DNA of 38,283 bases from a virus (Duplodnaviria; Caudoviricetes), in IMG/VR virus record IMGVR_UViG_3300031831_000005, positions 1 through 38,283 of that record. The stretch is one strand, 5' to 3'. The translations under genes were made by a program, and so were the position numbers. Shown piece by piece: positions 35,459 through 38,283 of the stretch (within the stretch, counting starts at the first letter, position 1; each line of letters opens with the position of its first letter). The notes beneath the pieces are model-generated. The model was not told where the DNA came from. It saw nothing but the letters and a program-made list of their open reading frames with translations, and made no database searches.

Positions 35459-35592
35459 GTCAGGGCCTTCAGTTGCGCGGGCTCGGGGATCGCGACGGGC
35501 TCAGGTGCTGGGAGCGGCTGCTCGACCGGGACTTCATCCGGGTGCATCGGGATTGGCATCTCGACTGGCTCTTCCTCTTCGCCGATGTTCAT
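35455..35592 (-). CDS. 45-aa Pro/Glu-rich peptide (not in the ORF track)
   Basis: GGAAGG RBS; MNIGEEEEPVEMPIPMHPDEVPVEQPLPAPEPVAIPEPAQLKALT*; ATGA overlap with the downstream gene. Confidence 0.7.
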   Translation of the reverse strand: MNIGEEEEPVEMPIPMHPDEVPVEQPLPAPEPVAIPEPAQLKALT

Positions 35593-35665
35593 TGCTTTGC
35601 CTTCCGTTCGTTCTTTCGTTTATTCGTACGGAACACCGGGCCGGGGGACCGTACGAAGGAACTAA

Positions 35666-36970
35666 TTAACTATCTGTACCTTCGGGACCGTCGATGACGA
35701 CGCGAACCTCAACGCGAGGCCTGCCCTTGCCCTTCGGGCTAACCTTGCGCTTCTCGATGAGGCCCTGTTCCTCTAGGTCCTCGATGATGATCGAGGCGGT
35801 GTCATTGTTCTTGAGCGCGTTGTTGGTAATCTCCAGCAACGGCGTCCAAGCCGGGTAGCGCTCTAGCAAGAAATCGAATACCTTGCCTTGCGCCTTCGGG
35901 TTGATCTTCGGCTCCGGGTCATCCGGCACCGAGAATATGCGGCGAGACGATAGGGCGCAGAACTCCCACAACGCCATCGCTGCCTTGATGTGCGGCCAGT
36001 CAATCTCGTTGGCCTCGTCCGCGAGAGCGTAGGCTAGGGCTAGCCTGATGACCTGAGTCTGCCCCCGCGCTGTGTACCGCTCGAAGTCCTCGCCGATGAA
36101 GTCGGCTAGTTCTTCGATCTCAATCTCGATCTGCGCCTTCCAGTTGTCGGCCACGTCGTCGGCGATCCGGAACTTGTAGTGTGGGGCTACTCCGCGAATC
36201 TTCGCCAGCTCGGCGGAAATCGGGTCGGTGCCGTCGAGGATGTTGTCCCACGCGTGGTTGATCGCTGACTTGATTTGCTCTGCGAGGTAAATCTCATCGG
36301 CGTTCTCAGCGAACGGGTCAGCGTTGGTCTTGCGGCCGGGCGCGCTATAGACGTAGAGCATCCGGCTCTCTAGACCGCCGCTTAGCTTCTGCAACGCAGT
36401 CAGCTCGGCCGGGGTGATCATCCCGATCATGCTGATATTATGCTGCGTTGACATGAGCGGCTGCCTGCTAGCCCGCTTGCGGCTTAGCGGCTCGCCGTCG
36501 TATGCGGTTCGCAGCTGCGAGCTGAACCTTGGCGTAGCCGTCATTGTCCTGATCAGGCGGGCGAACTCTGTCTCCAGCACGAGCAGGCGCGGGTCGCCGG
36601 TAGGGCTGTCCGCGACTAGCTCGATCATTGCCTCCGGAGACTGTAGGCCCGGCTCGATCCGGCCTGCTGACCATTCGGGCTCGGACGTGTTGAACAGCTT
36701 CCTGACTGCATTGAAAGCTGTTCCCTTCCGGCCTCGCGCCCACTTGCCGACGATCAGGGTGAAGATCCTTGCAGGCTCTTCGTGACCGTAGAACAGGACG
36801 TGTGGCTGTCGTCCGATACTGTTTCCGAACATAGTCAGAAACATTGTTAGTACGCTCGCGGGGTCCGCGCCCGTACTAGCAGAGAGCGTCCGGGCTACCT
36901 CGCCCGGAAGACCGTACAAAGCCTCGCTCGGTAGAACGGGCCTCAGCAGTTCGCTTCTCGTAGTTTCCAA
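35666..36970 (-). CDS. YfjI/DUF3987-like P-loop replication protein with C-terminal winged helix
   Basis: LYGLPGEVAR, IVGKWARGRKGT, LRTAYDG, IRLALAYAL, KGRP C-terminus; TTG start after GGGAGGG. Confidence 0.75.
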   Translation of the reverse strand: METTRSELLRPVLPSEALYGLPGEVARTLSASTGADPASVLTMFLTMFGNSIGRQPHVLFYGHEEPARIFTLIVGKWARGRKGTAFNAVRKLFNTSEPEWSAGRIEPGLQSPEAMIELVADSPTGDPRLLVLETEFARLIRTMTATPRFSSQLRTAYDGEPLSRKRASRQPLMSTQHNISMIGMITPAELTALQKLSGGLESRMLYVYSAPGRKTNADPFAENADEIYLAEQIKSAINHAWDNILDGTDPISAELAKIRGVAPHYKFRIADDVADNWKAQIEIEIEELADFIGEDFERYTARGQTQVIRLALAYALADEANEIDWPHIKAAMALWEFCALSSRRIFSVPDDPEPKINPKAQGKVFDFLLERYPAWTPLLEITNNALKNNDTASIIIEDLEEQGLIEKRKVSPKGKGRPRVEVRVVIDGPEGTDS

Positions 36971-37008
36971 CTTGTTCCCTCCCTTCCGTTTATTCGTTCC
37001 TTAGTACG

Positions 37009-37040
37009 AGTATACCCTATCGTACGAGCGGACGAAACCC
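37009..37040 (-). promoter_or_regulatory. Putative leftward promoter
   Basis: TATACT (37014-37009) preceded by CGTACGATAGGG, upstream of the 36970 start. Confidence 0.45.
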
Positions 37041-37078
37041 CCTTTTCAGATTGACTTTTCCGGATCGGTGTAATTGGA

Positions 37079-37127
37079 GTAGTGGGGCCGGGATGGCGAA
37101 GGACTAGAACGCGACCGGCCCCACTAC
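37079..37127. terminator. 13-bp stem-loop just after the helicase stop
   Basis: GTAGTGGGGCCGG / CCGGCCCCACTAC, 23-nt loop, no clear U tract. Confidence 0.45.
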
Positions 37128-37129
37128 AT

Positions 37130-38281
37130 CTATGTACGCTGAGCTACCAACTCAGCGTACTGCGGAAGAACATCGATCTTGCCCGCCATCAGCTGAGCAC
37201 GCTGTTCTTCCGTAAGTCCTGCTATCTCCTCATCCATGGTGCCCTCGCCGCGTAGCCTGTAGATCGTGAGCTGATTACGCTTGGCAAGATTCTGGATACG
37301 GTTCTCTGTCTGCTCTATGACGTGCCGGGTCCACGGCTCGTCTATTATGATCATCTCGTCTGCCGCGCTGAGGTCGATAGCTTCGCCGCCCGCGAACATG
37401 TTGATTAGAGCTACGCGGGGAGAGCCGTACATGAATGCGTCCTGTGCATGATCTCGCTGAATGCCCGTCGTCTCTCCGGTGATGGTAACGACTTCCCATT
37501 TGGCTTTGCGTATCTCATTGGTAAATAGATTGACGATCTTGGTGTACTGGCTAGCGATGACTACCTTGCCGTCAAGCTCGCGCCTTTCCTCAAGGAAATC
37601 GAGAATCCAGTCTAGCTTGCTGCTCGGCAGTATCGGAGTGAAGTTCCCCTCTCGATCCATCTTGCCGTAGCAGGTAGCGAACTGCTTGAAGCGCGTGATC
37701 TCCGCGAGTACGCCGTTGGCCATAACGGTACTGCCGTCGGCTAGCCTGGCTAGGCCGTCCCGCTCGATCTGCTCGTATGCCTTGCGCTGCTTCTCGTCTA
37801 GCTCGATGTAAACCCCGACCGGCCCGTCCGGATTACCAGTCGGCGGAGTCCCCGCGTACTCGATTGGCTTCAGCTGAGGCGCGACCTCGGCCTTGGTACG
37901 GGCGAGATAGTACGGGCGTAGCATTGCATTCCAGGCCGTCTCGTCGCGTAGCTCACGATTGACTATCTTGCTCATGCCCCAGCCTGGAGTCGTGCCAAAG
38001 TATTGCTCGGCAAATTTCCAGTAGCTGCCGAATAGGTCGGGCCGCGTCCAGTTGAGAGTGCCCCATGCACGGTCGAGCCGCGAGCGCCAGGGTGTGCCGG
38101 AGCTAGCTATCTTCAGCCCGCCCTCCGCGATCGGCAACCTGACTGCGCCCAATCGGATTTGCGGGATATTGTCGCTAATTTGATGCTTCGAGCTGGCGAG
38201 GGCGTTATGCGACTCATCGATGACGATCGCGTCGAACGGCTCGCCCTCGAATAGCCGAGGGTACTCTGGGTACTCGACCGT
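37130..38281 (-). CDS. SF2 (SNF2-like) helicase, truncated by window edge
   Basis: Frame open to the window end: AIVIDESH (DExH), SGTP, AGGEAIDL, QTENRI. Confidence 0.92.
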   Translation of the reverse strand, partial: TVEYPEYPRLFEGEPFDAIVIDESHNALASSKHQISDNIPQIRLGAVRLPIAEGGLKIASSGTPWRSRLDRAWGTLNWTRPDLFGSYWKFAEQYFGTTPGWGMSKIVNRELRDETAWNAMLRPYYLARTKAEVAPQLKPIEYAGTPPTGNPDGPVGVYIELDEKQRKAYEQIERDGLARLADGSTVMANGVLAEITRFKQFATCYGKMDREGNFTPILPSSKLDWILDFLEERRELDGKVVIASQYTKIVNLFTNEIRKAKWEVVTITGETTGIQRDHAQDAFMYGSPRVALINMFAGGEAIDLSAADEMIIIDEPWTRHVIEQTENRIQNLAKRNQLTIYRLRGEGTMDEEIAGLTEEQRAQLMAGKIDVLPQYAELVAQRT

Positions 38282-38283
38282 TC

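Noticed and set aside
21680-35605. Recurrent GGAAGGC before leftward starts as a novel element
   Set aside because: Adequately explained as a Shine-Dalgarno variant common in actinobacteria.
1-38283. tRNA genes, diversity-generating retroelement, attP/integrase
   Set aside because: No cloverleaf, reverse transcriptase, template/variable repeat pair or recombinase motifs recognised by eye; tRNAscan-SE and HMM searches would be needed to exclude them fully.

Overview
About 38 kb of a GC-rich, long-tailed (siphovirus-type) phage genome, most likely infecting an actinobacterium (inferred from gene families and synteny). The left arm (1-20036, + strand) is a virion operon: portal C-terminus, MuF-like minor head protein, an inserted block of fibre/appendage-like genes, scaffold, HK97-type major capsid, head-tail connectors, tail tube, tail assembly chaperones with a GGGAAAA -1 frameshift, a tape measure with a lytic transglycosylase domain, Dit/Tal/minor tail proteins and a holin-like gene. 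The right arm (20072-38283, - strand) holds replication and nucleotide genes: a degenerate RuvC-like protein, a SLOG protein, a split PHP + DnaE polymerase, two MazG-like NTP pyrophosphatases, an atypical ThyX, a flavin oxidoreductase, SSB-like/Sak4-like/Cas4-like recombination genes, a secreted ricin-B lectin, a SAM methyltransferase, an HTH protein, a YfjI/DUF3987-like protein and an SF2 helicase. The best candidates for new biology are (i) the oxidoreductase-atypical ThyX-MazG-MazG-like block beside the split DnaE, a possible modified-nucleotide pathway; (ii) the fibre-like module, including a ~25 x 20-aa repeat protein, inside the head genes; (iii) a coupled Pro/Glu peptide plus putative ADP-ribosyltransferase-fold gene pair; and (iv) a family of GTAC-centred intergenic motifs and inverted repeats. 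No endolysin, integrase, tRNA or CRISPR array was seen. All family calls are from motif recognition by eye, not database searches.
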